From an uncultured Opitutia bacterium (lineage in GTDB: Bacteria > Verrucomicrobiota > Verrucomicrobiia > Opitutales > Opitutaceae), in NCBI GenBank assembly GCA_903830425.1, contig CAIKTR010000029.1, positions 10,396 to 74,395 on the forward strand: a DNA stretch of 64,000 nt. Reading direction: 5' to 3'. Shown piece by piece: positions 51,923-61,311 of the stretch. Position 1 is the stretch's first letter; each line of letters begins with the position of its first letter. Both the position numbers and the translations under genes were made by a program. The notes below the pieces were generated by a model that worked only from the letters and a program-made list of their open reading frames with translations, had not been told where the DNA came from and made no database searches.

Positions 51923-52804
51923 TCAGCCCGCGGCGTCGAGCCGGGCGAGGTCATCCGCCGCCTCGAAGTTCATGCGCACGTCGGGATCCGGGGAGGGCAC
52001 GGCCGAGAGCAGGATCCGGGTGTAGGGATGCTGCGGGGCGGCGAAGAGTTGCGCCGCCGGGGCCAGCTCCACGATGCGCCCGCGCCGCATCACGGCCACG
52101 CGGTCGCAGAAGTTGCGCACCACATCCAGGTTGTGCGCCACGAACAGGTAGGTCAGCCGGAACTCGGCCTGCAGTTCCTTCAGCAGGTCGAGGACCTGGG
52201 CCTGCACCGACACATCGAGCGCGGACGTCGCCTCGTCGCACACGATGAGCGAGGGCCGCATGACGAGCGCCCGGGCGATGCCGATGCGCTGGCGCTGGCC
52301 GCCGCTGAAGGCGTGGGGGTAACGCTCCCGGTGCTCCGGCTGCAGCCCGACGCGCCGCAGCACCTCGGCCACGCGGTCGTCCCGCTCCGTGCCGTGGGCC
52401 AGCCCGTGGATGATCAGCGGCTCGGCCACGATCGCCCCCACCGTCATCCGCGGGTTGAGCGAGGAAAACGGATCCTGAAACACCATCTGCACGTGCGGGC
52501 GCACCGGCTTGAGGTCGCGGGAGGACAGTTTCGCCAGATCCACCGTGCGGCCGTCGGGCAGCCGGAACCGCACCTCGCCGGCCGTCGGGTCGAGGGCCCG
52601 CAGGAGGCAGCGGGCCGTCGTCGTCTTGCCCGAGCCGCTCTCCCCCACCAGCCCCAGAGTCTCGCCCGGCGCGAGGTCGAAGCTGAGGTCGTCGACCGCC
52701 TTGACGACGCCCGTCACCCGGGGGCGCAGGCCGCGGCTCAGGACCGGGAAGTGTTTGCACAGCCCGCGCACGGCGAGCAGCGGCGGGGACGGGTCGGAGC
52801 TCAT
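51923..52804 (-). CDS. oligopeptide/dipeptide-type ABC transporter ATP-binding protein (OppF/DppF-like)
   Basis: Walker [10 protein letters not shown], signature FSGGQRQR, Walker [13 protein letters not shown], and the C-terminal oligopeptide-type extension PQHPYT. Confidence 0.85.
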   Translation of the reverse strand: MSSDPSPPLLAVRGLCKHFPVLSRGLRPRVTGVVKAVDDLSFDLAPGETLGLVGESGSGKTTTARCLLRALDPTAGEVRFRLPDGRTVDLAKLSSRDLKPVRPHVQMVFQDPFSSLNPRMTVGAIVAEPLIIHGLAHGTERDDRVAEVLRRVGLQPEHRERYPHAFSGGQRQRIGIARALVMRPSLIVCDEATSALDVSVQAQVLDLLKELQAEFRLTYLFVAHNLDVVRNFCDRVAVMRRGRIVELAPAAQLFAAPQHPYTRILLSAVPSPDPDVRMNFEAADDLARLDAAG

Positions 52805-53637
52805 GCGACGCGCGCCCGGCGGCTGGGCAGGGCCTCGAGGAGCGACCGGGTGTAGGGGTGCTGCGGGTGCTGCAGCACGGCGCGCACCGGACCGCGCTCC
52901 ACGATGCGGCCGTGGTGCATCACGGCGACGTCGTCGGCCATCTGCGCCACCACGCCGAAATCATGCGTGATCAGGAGCACCGAGCAGCCGATCTCGCGCT
53001 GCAGCGTCCGGATGAGCCCGAGGATCTGCGCCTGGAGCGTCACGTCGAGGGCGGTGGTGGGCTCGTCCGCGATCAGCAGTTCCGGCCGGCAGACCAAGGC
53101 CATGGCGATGACCACCCGCTGCCGCATCCCGCCGGAAAGTTCGTGCGGGTACTGGTCGAACCGCCGGTCCGGCGCGTCGAGCCCGACGCGCGCCAGCATC
53201 TCCACGGTGCGGCGGCGGGCCTCGGAGCGGGAGGTGTGCTGGTGGAGCAGGATCGCCTCGGCGATCTGGGGGCCGACGGCGTGCACCGGCGAGAGGGCGG
53301 TCATCGGCTCCTGGAAAATCATGCTGATCAGCCCGCCGCGCACCCGGTAGAGCAGCTCGGAGCGCTCGTCGAGCTGGCCGAGGTCGATTGCCCCGGCGCG
53401 GGCCGAGCGCAGGAGGATTTTTCCGCCCAGGATCCGGCCGGGGGGCTGGATCAGCCGCAGCAGCGAGTAGGCGGTGACGCTCTTGCCCGAGCCGCTTTCG
53501 CCGACGAGGGCGAGGGTGCGGCCCCGGCTGATGGCGAACGTCACACCGTCCACGGCCGGCACGGTCCCGTCGGGGGTGACAAAGCTGGTGCGGAGGTCCT
53601 CGACCTCGAGCAGCGGCAGTTCGGCAGGCGACTCCAT
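52801..53637 (-). CDS. oligopeptide/dipeptide-type ABC transporter ATP-binding protein (OppD/DppD-like)
   Basis: Walker A GESGSGKS, signature LSGGMRQR, Walker [13 protein letters not shown] and PQHPYT. It overlaps the next ATPase gene by 4 nt. Confidence 0.85.
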   Translation of the reverse strand: MESPAELPLLEVEDLRTSFVTPDGTVPAVDGVTFAISRGRTLALVGESGSGKSVTAYSLLRLIQPPGRILGGKILLRSARAGAIDLGQLDERSELLYRVRGGLISMIFQEPMTALSPVHAVGPQIAEAILLHQHTSRSEARRRTVEMLARVGLDAPDRRFDQYPHELSGGMRQRVVIAMALVCRPELLIADEPTTALDVTLQAQILGLIRTLQREIGCSVLLITHDFGVVAQMADDVAVMHHGRIVERGPVRAVLQHPQHPYTRSLLEALPSRRARVA

Positions 53638-53851
53638 CGCCGGCCAGCAAACGAACCCGCCCCGGCGGCCGCAACCTCATAGAAGGGGGCCGGCGCGCGG
53701 GGCTTAATTAATACCGGCCCAGGTCTCGCCACGGTACCCCTGGTCCGGGCGCTGGCACTCCAGCTATCCGGACGGCACTCGACCGGGATTGACCGGAGTC
53801 AGGGCCCGGCCGCGGAATTAAGTCCTGCGCGCCGGACCCCTGCGGCCGTGG

Positions 53852-54583
53852 TTAACCGACGATGTTGATGTGGTCGGCAAACAGGTAGCCGAGACCGTAG
53901 TGGGTCAAGATCGGCGGCGGCTGCTGCGTCGCCTCGCTCAACTTGCGGCGGATCCGGCGGACCAGTTCCTCCAGCGCCCGCTGGGCGCCTTCACCCGGCT
54001 GGATCTTCACACAGGCAAGGATCTCCTTGCGCCCCACCGCCCCGCGACGCTTCCCCAGGCAACCCAGGAAATCGAACTCATTCCCCGTCAGCTCGATGCT
54101 GACCCCGTCGGGCGTGATGAGGATCCGCCCGGCGGTCACCAGTCGCCAGGTGCGCGCCTCCTTGGCCGCCGGTGACGGCGCCATGACGCCGGGGTTCACC
54201 TCGGGGTCGTTGTTCTGCCGGCCGACCAAGCTGCTGATCGCCGCCAACAGCTCGTCGCGATCGATCGGCTTGCCCATGAAAAGATCGGCACCGAGCCGGT
54301 AAATCGCCACCCGGGTGTCGATCGTGTCCCGCGCCGTGATCACAATCACCGCCGTCCGCGTGTTCCGGCGCAGGTAGTCCACCAGGACTTCCCCCGCCTG
54401 GTCCGGCAGACCCAAATCGACCAGCGCCACCCGGTAGGTACGAACCGACACCTCCTGGTAAAACTCCAACCCCGACCCCACCGCCGTCACCGCATAGCCT
54501 TCCCGCCGCAGGAGCTCGCCGGTGCTTTCCCGCAGGTCGGCGTCGTCCTCGACGAGAATAATATTACAGTGGGGTGAGTTCAT
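53852..54583 (-). CDS. OmpR-family two-component response regulator
   Basis: Receiver domain (ILVEDD, VALVDLGLPD, GKP) plus a winged-helix output domain (LTGNEFDFL ... RRIRRKL ... GLGYLF). It overlaps the kinase stop by 4 nt. Confidence 0.85.
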   Translation of the reverse strand: MNSPHCNIILVEDDADLRESTGELLRREGYAVTAVGSGLEFYQEVSVRTYRVALVDLGLPDQAGEVLVDYLRRNTRTAVIVITARDTIDTRVAIYRLGADLFMGKPIDRDELLAAISSLVGRQNNDPEVNPGVMAPSPAAKEARTWRLVTAGRILITPDGVSIELTGNEFDFLGCLGKRRGAVGRKEILACVKIQPGEGAQRALEELVRRIRRKLSEATQQPPPILTHYGLGYLFADHINIVG

Positions 54584-56610
54584 GCCACGCTGGCCGGCGG
54601 TTCGCTCGGGAAATCTAACACGAGGACAAAACGACCCGGGAGCGAGAGGTCCAGCACAACTTCGCCACGCAAGTCCGAAACCAGCTTCTTGACCAAGTAG
54701 AGTCCCATGCCCGTTCCGGCGATGCCCTGGGAGTTGGCCCCCCGGAAACTGCGCTCAAACAGGGCGGCGGAATCCAGGCGCACGGTGCTGGGCACGGCAT
54801 TGGACACGGTGATGTTCGCGCGGCCGGCGTCGCCGGTGAGCGTGACCCCGATGGGCGTGCCCGGGGTCGCGTATTTGCAGGCGTTCTCCAGCACGTTGCC
54901 CAGCACCGTCTCCAGCAGCAGGGTGTCCGCCAGGATGTGCACCGGACCGGCGCTTTCCCACTTCAACCCGCCGGCGCCTTCGTGCCAAGGGGCGCCCGGC
55001 CGGCCCAGCCAGAGGCGCAGAAATCCCTCCAGCTCCAGCGGCGCAAATTCCATCCGGCGCAGCCCGCCCCACTCCCCGGCGCGCAGGGGACGGTTGAAGA
55101 TCGCCGCCAGCCGGTCGATCGCCGCGCTCATGCGCTGGGTGCGCGTGTGCAGCTGGGCCTCGTCGTGCGAAACATTCAGGAGCTCGAGGTTGCCCGACAG
55201 CACGGCCAGCGGATTGCGGTACTCGTGCGACACGACGTCGATGAATTTTTCCATCTGCAGCCGCATTTCCCGCTCGCGCGCCGCGTCCCGCTCCGCCCGG
55301 ATGTGCGCGGCTTGCAGATTGTTGTGGCGGGCAACCAGCGCCAGATGCGCCATTGCGATGGTGCCAAAGGACGAGAGCGGCGCGGCGTGGAGCGTCAGCA
55401 TGCTGACCGGCAGCACGCCCAGTTGGCTCAGCATGTGGACCAGCAGGCCGCTCATGTTGAAAACGACCACCCCCGCGATCTGATTGCGCCCCGGCACCGC
55501 CTGCCGCCACAAGCCGACGACGTGCGGCACGGACAGCACGACGGAGGCAACGAAGAGGTACTGCACGACCTGCGCCCCGATCGGATAATAGTTGGTCCAC
55601 GCGAGCGGCAGCGCCAGCCACGCGCCCCACTGCAGGCTCCGATAGGTGTAATAGATCAGCCGTTGCTGCGGCGTGATGGACAACAGCTCGATGTAGAACG
55701 GCCCGATGATGGAAAACGCCAACATCGACAGCACGCCCACGGCGGCGTTGGTGAGGCCGGGATAATCCCCGAGGAACAGCTGCGCGGTGAAGCCTCCGTT
55801 GGTCAGGTAGAGGGCCGCCTGGATCAGGAGCGCGAAGACGAACAGCAGGTGAATCCGGTCCCGCAGCGGCAAATACGAGACCAGGTTGAGCGCCGCCATC
55901 ATCAGCAAAAAGCCCACCAGCCCCAGCATGGCGACGTACTCGATCAGCATCGTCTGATGGAACTGCTCGCCCGAGAGCAGCCGCGGCAGCAGCTGGTTGG
56001 TGCTCGTCGTCTGCAGCCGCAGGAAACAGGTGCGCGGCCCGGCGTCGCCGTTGTCCAGGTGGAGACGGAACGCGAAGCCCCGGTACGGGGTCTCGCGGAG
56101 GCCAAAGGGCAGGGTGTCGCCCGCCCGGTGCTCAATCCAGCCCCCGGCGGACGGCTCGTAGAACCGCAGGTCATCGAGAAACGGCGGCAGGATGACCACC
56201 CACCATTCGCCCGGCGGGGCCGTGACCGTGAACTTCAGCCATTTTGCCCCCAGGCCGTAACCGCCGCTGTAGTAGCCGGCGGTCGCCTTGAACGCCGCCG
56301 GTTGCCGCGCGGCCAATTGCGCCACCTCCTCCACCGTCGCCGCCCCCTGGGCATCAGCGTAGCTCGCAAAGTCGCTCAGCTGCGCCCGCACCGGGGACCC
56401 GGCCGCTGATCGCGCAACCACCACCGGCCGTAAAAAAGCGGGCGCCGGGGCGCGGGCGTTTGCCCCCGCCGGCCGGGCCGCGACGGCCGCGGCTGCCGGC
56501 GCCATCTCCGGCGTCGCGTCCGCCGGCGCCCCCGCCGCCGCAGCGGCGCCCATCAGCCCCCACCAGAGGCTAAAGAGTGAAAGCGAGCGGCTCGCCGGAA
56601 AATGTTTCAT
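54580..56610 (-). CDS. sensor histidine kinase with 7TMR-DISM-type extracellular and 7-TM input modules
   Basis: Signal peptide, a periplasmic beta-rich domain (KWLKFTVTAPPGEWWVVILPPFLDDLRFYEP), seven hydrophobic helices, H-box VSHEYRNPL, N-box NVLENACKY and G-box GTGMGL. The start is placed at MKHFPAS (56610). Confidence 0.8.
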   Translation of the reverse strand: MKHFPASRSLSLFSLWWGLMGAAAAAGAPADATPEMAPAAAAVAARPAGANARAPAPAFLRPVVVARSAAGSPVRAQLSDFASYADAQGAATVEEVAQLAARQPAAFKATAGYYSGGYGLGAKWLKFTVTAPPGEWWVVILPPFLDDLRFYEPSAGGWIEHRAGDTLPFGLRETPYRGFAFRLHLDNGDAGPRTCFLRLQTTSTNQLLPRLLSGEQFHQTMLIEYVAMLGLVGFLLMMAALNLVSYLPLRDRIHLLFVFALLIQAALYLTNGGFTAQLFLGDYPGLTNAAVGVLSMLAFSIIGPFYIELLSITPQQRLIYYTYRSLQWGAWLALPLAWTNYYPIGAQVVQYLFVASVVLSVPHVVGLWRQAVPGRNQIAGVVVFNMSGLLVHMLSQLGVLPVSMLTLHAAPLSSFGTIAMAHLALVARHNNLQAAHIRAERDAAREREMRLQMEKFIDVVSHEYRNPLAVLSGNLELLNVSHDEAQLHTRTQRMSAAIDRLAAIFNRPLRAGEWGGLRRMEFAPLELEGFLRLWLGRPGAPWHEGAGGLKWESAGPVHILADTLLLETVLGNVLENACKYATPGTPIGVTLTGDAGRANITVSNAVPSTVRLDSAALFERSFRGANSQGIAGTGMGLYLVKKLVSDLRGEVVLDLSLPGRFVLVLDFPSEPPASVA

Positions 56611-57077
56611 CGGGTGCGGTGCGTTCCAGAATATGTCCGCCAAGCGATTCAGGGTGTTCGCCTCTCGGGGGTGGGCGAAAGCTATGGTCAGGGCGCCGGC
56701 CCGATTCAAGTTTTCCCTTTGCGCGGTCCCCCGCGCAGCGCCGGTCCCCGCGGCGCCCGGTTCCGGCGGGTTCTATCCCAAGGGATAGGATGCCTCCGCC
56801 TACCTTCGGGCGGAAGGTGCGGCGGCCAAGGACGGGGCCAACCATTCAGGACTGCGAGCCTGATCCCCTGACCGAGTCGCTCCGGGGGGGCACACCCCGG
56901 AGCGGCTGGGCTCATTGCGTCGTCCCGGTTTCCGGCCGGCCGCTGCGCGGCTCGGCCGGTTTCGTGGCTGCTGGCGCGCGGGACCAGTTATGCCTCAGGC
57001 CGCAGGCCATGAGCAAGCCGACCAACGGGCGGCGCGTCGAATGGCTGCCCGGCGCGTTTGTTAACACGAAACAAAAG

Positions 57078-57203
57078 TGAAGCGAATGGGCGGCCTACAG
57101 AGGGGAATCCGGGTGGCGATTTGCTTCATTGCCGTGTTAATCACCCCCTAAGATATCCGGAAATCTGCTCCAAAGCAGCCTCGGATTCGCTCCATTCGCT
57201 TCA
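57078..57203. repeat. 126-nt nested inverted-repeat element (candidate small RNA or MITE-like remnant) in AT-richer non-coding DNA
   Basis: The outer 12-bp arms are TGAAGCGAATGG (57078-57089) and CCATTCGCTTCA (57192-57203). The inner arms are GAATCCG (57105-57111) and CGGATTC (57182-57188). An internal hairpin is CTGCT-CCAA-AGCAG (57165-57178). Strand undetermined. Confidence 0.5.
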
Positions 57204-57326
57204 TTTCAGATCCAGATTCCAAGAATAGGTGAAGTCTTGCGGGCATCCTTCCCGTTAGGGACTTAAATTTTTCCGTATGGCTACCCGATCCGAAAGTACT
57301 GGCGAACTTTCGTGAGGCTGCGCGCC

Positions 57327-59402
57327 TCAGAACTTCCGTGTGACGTTGAATCTCACCATCCTCGGCTCGGCTGGGTGGAAATGGACATCGTCCACCCCGG
57401 CGGCGGGCTCGCCTTGTAGCCGCGAGGTGTAGAAGTAGCCGATGTCGTAATTCTGTCGATTCAGGGCGTTGAGCAGTTCAACCGAAACCTGCCAGCGGGA
57501 CCAATCATACCCCAGCAGGAGGTTTACCGTCGCCGAGGCCGGGGCGACTACTGAGTTGTCCTCGATCAAGGGCTGATTGCCAAAGTAGCGCAGCCGGGCG
57601 CTGCCATGCCAGCCATGTTCGGCGGAAACCGTGACGCCACCGGTGACGACGGTGCCAATGGATTCCGCGACCCGATCCGCCGCGCCCGCGTCCTTGTAGC
57701 GTGCGTGGGTGAAAGACAAATCGAGGTCGAAGGTCAGCCAAGGGAAAACCTTATAGTAGTTGGACAATTCAACCCCGTAACGCCTCGTCGCGCCGCTGGC
57801 CTCCGTCCCGCCTGAGTCGCCCGAGAGCACCAGTTCCGAGTCCAGATCCAAGGCCCAGACCGACACGGTGCTGACCAGACCTTTGACCGCGGAGGTGCGG
57901 ATACCCGCCTCGATACCCCGGGAGCGCACCAGCGGGGGCACTGCTTCGGCCGGATCGCCGGTCTTGGGGTCTACCGTGATCACGGTGCCCCGGGCGTCGT
58001 TGCTGTGAAAACCGAAGCCAGCGTTGCCATACAACTCGGTTTTCTGTCCGAGCTGCTGCACCACGCCAATTTTTGGGCTGACGATGTAGTCGCTCCGCTG
58101 ACCGGAGTTGAGCGGATTGTCGCTCGTGACATCGAAGTTGTACCAGTCGACCCGGCCGCCAGCTTGTAGCCGCAATCGATCATTCACGTGCCATACGGTC
58201 TGGGTGAAGGCTCCTGTTCCGAGTTCCTGGACCGTGTCATCCCGGATTACCCCGAGTCGGGCACGCTTTACCGTGTGGAACAGCCCGACATCAATCTGAT
58301 CGTCGCGGATCTGCCAGCCGGTTTGGGTCTCAACCTTCATGCCCCCGACCTGCAGGGACCAATTGCGGGTCAGTGCCCCGCCCAGGATCGTGCGGTTTTC
58401 ATGCTGATTGAACTGATCGCCGTTGATTGGGTCATCCAAGTAGAAGGTGAAGTTGGAGAAGAGGTCGAGGTGGTAAGCGATCGCGTAACCGCTCAACTTC
58501 CAGCCTTCCTTATCCGTGCCATGCAGCCACTCGAAGTTCAGGCTGGCGCGGCGGGAGTTGCCTCCGTCCGAGGGATCGAGGGCCCCAAAACGCCCGATGA
58601 GTCCGCTTCCCACTGCCCGCAGCGGAATCTGGTCAGTCGAATTCCAGTCGCCGCGATAGCCCAGCGCCGTGACGGTAAGGCGGCCCCCTGAAAGATTCCA
58701 GACATGCCGGGCCAGAAGGTTATACCGGTGGAAATTGTCCGGAGATGTCCACGGGCCGTCGTAGTGCTCGGCCTCGAATCCCAGGGTGGTCGCGTCTCCA
58801 CCGCGGTGCAGGGTTTCCCCGAGCGCCACCCGAGCATAACCGTAGGTTCCTGCGCCAAGGGTCAGGAAGTCATTGGGCAGCTCGCTGAACAGGTGATAGT
58901 CTGCGGCTCCGGCGGCCGAGAAATCCCCCACCTCTGGATAAAAGGGGCCTTTGTTGAAGTCCACGCGTTGCACGAACTCGGGGATGAGGAAATTGATGTC
59001 GGCGTAGCCCTGTCCATGCGCGTTGGTCGGCAGGTTGACGGGCATGCCCTCAAGCGAAACGGAGAGATCGGTTCCATGGTCCAAATTGAAGCCACGGAGG
59101 TAATACTGGTTGGCTTTGCCACTGCCCGAGTGCTGCGTGATAACCACCCCGGGTATGACCTCCAGCAATTCGCCCCGACGCAGGAACGGCCGCTGGGAAA
59201 GTTCATTGTAGCCTACGCTGCCTTGGGAGGACGTGCTGGCGGTCCCCAGCATGTCGTCGGCGCGGCCGACCACCTCAATTTTGTCCAAGACGGTAACGGG
59301 GCTATCGGTGCTTTGACCTCCGGCCAATAGAGGGAAAGTCGCTGGTATGGAAAATACGATGGCGGAGCGGATGGCTCCACGGAAGACGATGGGAAAGTGC
59401 AT
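57327..59402 (-). CDS. TonB-dependent outer-membrane receptor
   Basis: Signal peptide and plug-domain motifs (LDKIEVVG, IPGVVITQHSGSGKANQYYLRGFNLDHGTD), a long beta-barrel, and the terminal aromatic ...NVTRKF. The start is placed at MHFPIVF (59402). Confidence 0.85.
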   Translation of the reverse strand: MHFPIVFRGAIRSAIVFSIPATFPLLAGGQSTDSPVTVLDKIEVVGRADDMLGTASTSSQGSVGYNELSQRPFLRRGELLEVIPGVVITQHSGSGKANQYYLRGFNLDHGTDLSVSLEGMPVNLPTNAHGQGYADINFLIPEFVQRVDFNKGPFYPEVGDFSAAGAADYHLFSELPNDFLTLGAGTYGYARVALGETLHRGGDATTLGFEAEHYDGPWTSPDNFHRYNLLARHVWNLSGGRLTVTALGYRGDWNSTDQIPLRAVGSGLIGRFGALDPSDGGNSRRASLNFEWLHGTDKEGWKLSGYAIAYHLDLFSNFTFYLDDPINGDQFNQHENRTILGGALTRNWSLQVGGMKVETQTGWQIRDDQIDVGLFHTVKRARLGVIRDDTVQELGTGAFTQTVWHVNDRLRLQAGGRVDWYNFDVTSDNPLNSGQRSDYIVSPKIGVVQQLGQKTELYGNAGFGFHSNDARGTVITVDPKTGDPAEAVPPLVRSRGIEAGIRTSAVKGLVSTVSVWALDLDSELVLSGDSGGTEASGATRRYGVELSNYYKVFPWLTFDLDLSFTHARYKDAGAADRVAESIGTVVTGGVTVSAEHGWHGSARLRYFGNQPLIEDNSVVAPASATVNLLLGYDWSRWQVSVELLNALNRQNYDIGYFYTSRLQGEPAAGVDDVHFHPAEPRMVRFNVTRKF

Positions 59403-59532
59403 GGAAAAGGCGAAAAAGGGTTTGAAGCAACGAGCACGGCCGGCGCCGGGAAATCCGGCGGCACCGCTCAATGCCGGGGCAAGCGCTGCCCCGGCCGAAC
59501 CAACTCACGCGAGCGGATTCCGCCTCGCGTGT

Positions 59533-59946
59533 TCAAACCAACGTCTTTGGCGGAGGGAGTGGAGGACGATCCAGCCAGTCACGTCTTGCAGCCTCATCGA
59601 TTGAGGGGAAATCACCCGAAGCAGGAAACAACTTCGGCAAAGCCTGAAATGCCGACACTATCGCCACCAAGGCCATTGGCTCCAGAGGCTCCAGCGCCGG
59701 CCCTGATTCGCGCACTTCGGTTTCGTTGGTGGCTAAATTGCCGTGGTTCACTGGTCGCGGCGCATGAATCAAGAGGGCTACTTGCGAGGCAAGGGTCCGT
59801 TGGTGCGAGTGGGTGGCGAACCCGGCGAAGGTCCGGAGCATCTCACGGCCAGAGGTTCCTTGCAGGCACCAGAGCGCAACGAAAGCAGCAAAGCCCAGCC
59901 CACTGGCTTGGAGCCAGAAGAGGCGGGTTTGTTGGGAGGTGCTCAT
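59533..59946 (-). CDS. possible small membrane-anchored protein, function unknown
   Basis: 137 codons from ATG 59946 within ORF 59533..60006. One N-terminal hydrophobic helix (LFWLQASGLGFAAFVALWCL). GC-leaning third positions on this strand. It is co-directional between hupE-like and the receptor gene. No homolog recognised. Confidence 0.4.
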   Translation of the reverse strand: MSTSQQTRLFWLQASGLGFAAFVALWCLQGTSGREMLRTFAGFATHSHQRTLASQVALLIHAPRPVNHGNLATNETEVRESGPALEPLEPMALVAIVSAFQALPKLFPASGDFPSIDEAARRDWLDRPPLPPPKTLV

Positions 59947-60061
59947 CAGAAACCTATCCTGACGATTCAGGGAAGCCTGAGTGTAGCAGAAACCCAGCCA
60001 CCGCAATCCGCAGCGGTTGGTGTGTTTGTGGCATTCGTTGCGGGATTCTGAAGTTCATGCC

Positions 60062-60640
60062 TTAAAACACGCCGGATTGCACCAAGCGTTGTACCAGCCA
60101 GTAGCCCCCGACTACGGCGACAACCCCGGAGAGCATGGGCTGCCACCGACCGCGGTAATTGGGAGATTCAGCGAGGCGCCAAAGCAGCGGCACGAGAACG
60201 GCCGCCACCGCCAACTGCCCGATCTCCACCCCGAGGTTGAAAGAGAAAAGAGGCAGGGCGATGCCACGACCATTCGTCCCCAGCCCAAGCCCGCGCAGTA
60301 CGCTCGCGAATCCAAAGCCGTGGATCAGGCCGAAAAAGAGGGTCACGGCCCAACGAGCCCGCGGTTCGCCCCGCTGCACGATGTTCTCAATCCCGACAAA
60401 AAGGATAGAAGCGGCAATGAGCGGTTCAGCCACGCGACCCGGCACACTGATGATATTGAACGCCGCCAGCCCGAGCGTGAGTGAATGTGCCACCGTGAAG
60501 GTCGTGATGACGATTACCAGTTGTCGCCAACCGCGTACCACGAGGAGCAACCCAGCGAGAAACAGGAGATGATCGAAGCCCAGAAGGATATGCTCGATAC
60601 CCAGCCGGAGAAAGGCCGTGAAGGTCTCGCCGCTACTCAT
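60062..60640 (-). CDS. HupE/UreJ-family membrane protein (putative Ni/Co-type metal permease)
   Basis: GIEHILLGFDHLLFLAGLLL, TTFTVAHSLTL, GLIHGFGFA and NLGVEIGQL are HupE/UreJ_2-type motifs. Six hydrophobic helices. Confidence 0.8.
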   Translation of the reverse strand: MSSGETFTAFLRLGIEHILLGFDHLLFLAGLLLVVRGWRQLVIVITTFTVAHSLTLGLAAFNIISVPGRVAEPLIAASILFVGIENIVQRGEPRARWAVTLFFGLIHGFGFASVLRGLGLGTNGRGIALPLFSFNLGVEIGQLAVAAVLVPLLWRLAESPNYRGRWQPMLSGVVAVVGGYWLVQRLVQSGVF

Positions 60641-60771
60641 ACCGCCATTGAAGCAGATTCTGGCTTTGGCGCGGAGGAAATTGTTCGGCGAATTGGATCA
60701 TGTCTTGTGCGATGGTCGGCTGATCGCCAGCTGTGACACAATTCTGAGTTGCCAGATGATTCGACAATAGC

Positions 60772-61170
60772 ATGGTGCCGGCAGTGCGTCGCCACGTTTC
60801 CATCTTCGCCCTCTTCCTCGCTTGGCTCTGTGCCAATGGCGCGGTGTGGAACGTCGTGCAGCTCGTGGCGTGGGCGAAGATGTTTCACGATTACTCCCAA
60901 GTGATGCCCGTCACCCGTGCGCTGCAGGTGACCTTCGACGGCACGAAGCCCTGCGGAATTTGCTGTGCTGTCCAAAAGGCACAAGACGCGGCTCGCGACC
61001 AGCTGCCGCGTGATGCTGCTCTTGGCGGCACCATGGAAAAAATTTTGTTATTGTCCGAAACCGTGCCGGCCATCGTGGTCACGGCGCCTGATTTTGCCTG
61101 GCCGGGTGTCACCAATGACACCGGCCCCTTGCGCACTGAAGCGGTGCCAGTGACTCCGCCGCGCGTTTAA
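60772..61170 (+). CDS. small membrane-anchored protein with CxxCC motif, function unknown (possibly DUF2946-like)
   Basis: 132-aa ORF with an N-terminal hydrophobic region (IFALFLAWLCANGAVWNVVQLVAWA), then FDGTKPCGICCAVQKA. It lies directly upstream of a TonB-dependent receptor and a PepSY-TM-like gene. Confidence 0.6.
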   Translation: MVPAVRRHVSIFALFLAWLCANGAVWNVVQLVAWAKMFHDYSQVMPVTRALQVTFDGTKPCGICCAVQKAQDAARDQLPRDAALGGTMEKILLLSETVPAIVVTAPDFAWPGVTNDTGPLRTEAVPVTPPRV

Positions 61171-61311
61171 CGCGCCCCACGCTCAGTCGCCGCCGCGCGC
61201 CGGCCGTGTTGTAACACCGGTCGGAAGATGCGCGGTGTTTTCCCGTTTCCACGCCTCATTAGGCCGCGTCAGCGCGCATGCGTTCTTCCGCGCGCAACTT
61301 CCTTGATTTCC

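Noticed and set aside
53753-53767. TGGCAC-N5-CTAT sequence resembling a sigma54 -24 element.
   Set aside because: The -12 element (TTGC) is missing. The orientation is plus-strand, but both flanking operons are on the minus strand.
56577-57080. 167-aa plus-strand ORF and the other 60-90-aa ORFs in the 56.6-57.1 kb gap.
   Set aside because: The translations are Arg/Pro/Gly-rich with no motifs. The 167-aa ORF overlaps the kinase 5' end in antisense. None has the look of neighbouring real genes.
57086-57151. 21-codon hydrophobic mini-ORF (MGGLQRGIRVAICFIAVLITP) inside the inverted-repeat element, considered as a type I toxin-like peptide. An 18-codon minus-strand mini-ORF (MKRMERIRGCFGADFRIS) lies nearby.
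   Set aside because: No ribosome-binding signal and no conservation evidence are available. ORFs this short arise by chance in AT-richer DNA. It is kept only as a note under the non-coding-region finding.
59397-60065. 222-aa plus-strand ORF across the receptor-hupE spacer.
   Set aside because: The translation is Arg/Gly/Ser-rich with no hydrophobic core pattern. It overlaps the receptor start and the hupE stop. The minus-strand 137-codon ORF is the more plausible reading of this gap.
59403-61311. Search for a cobalamin, NiCo or other metal riboswitch, or for Fur/Zur/NikR boxes, in the leaders of the two receptor genes and hupE.
   Set aside because: I could not find a B12 box (GCCACTG-like core), a NiCo-type four-way junction signature, or a convincing palindromic metalloregulator box. 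Only short palindromes such as CGCATGCG near 61280 are present. A covariance-model scan is required to be sure.
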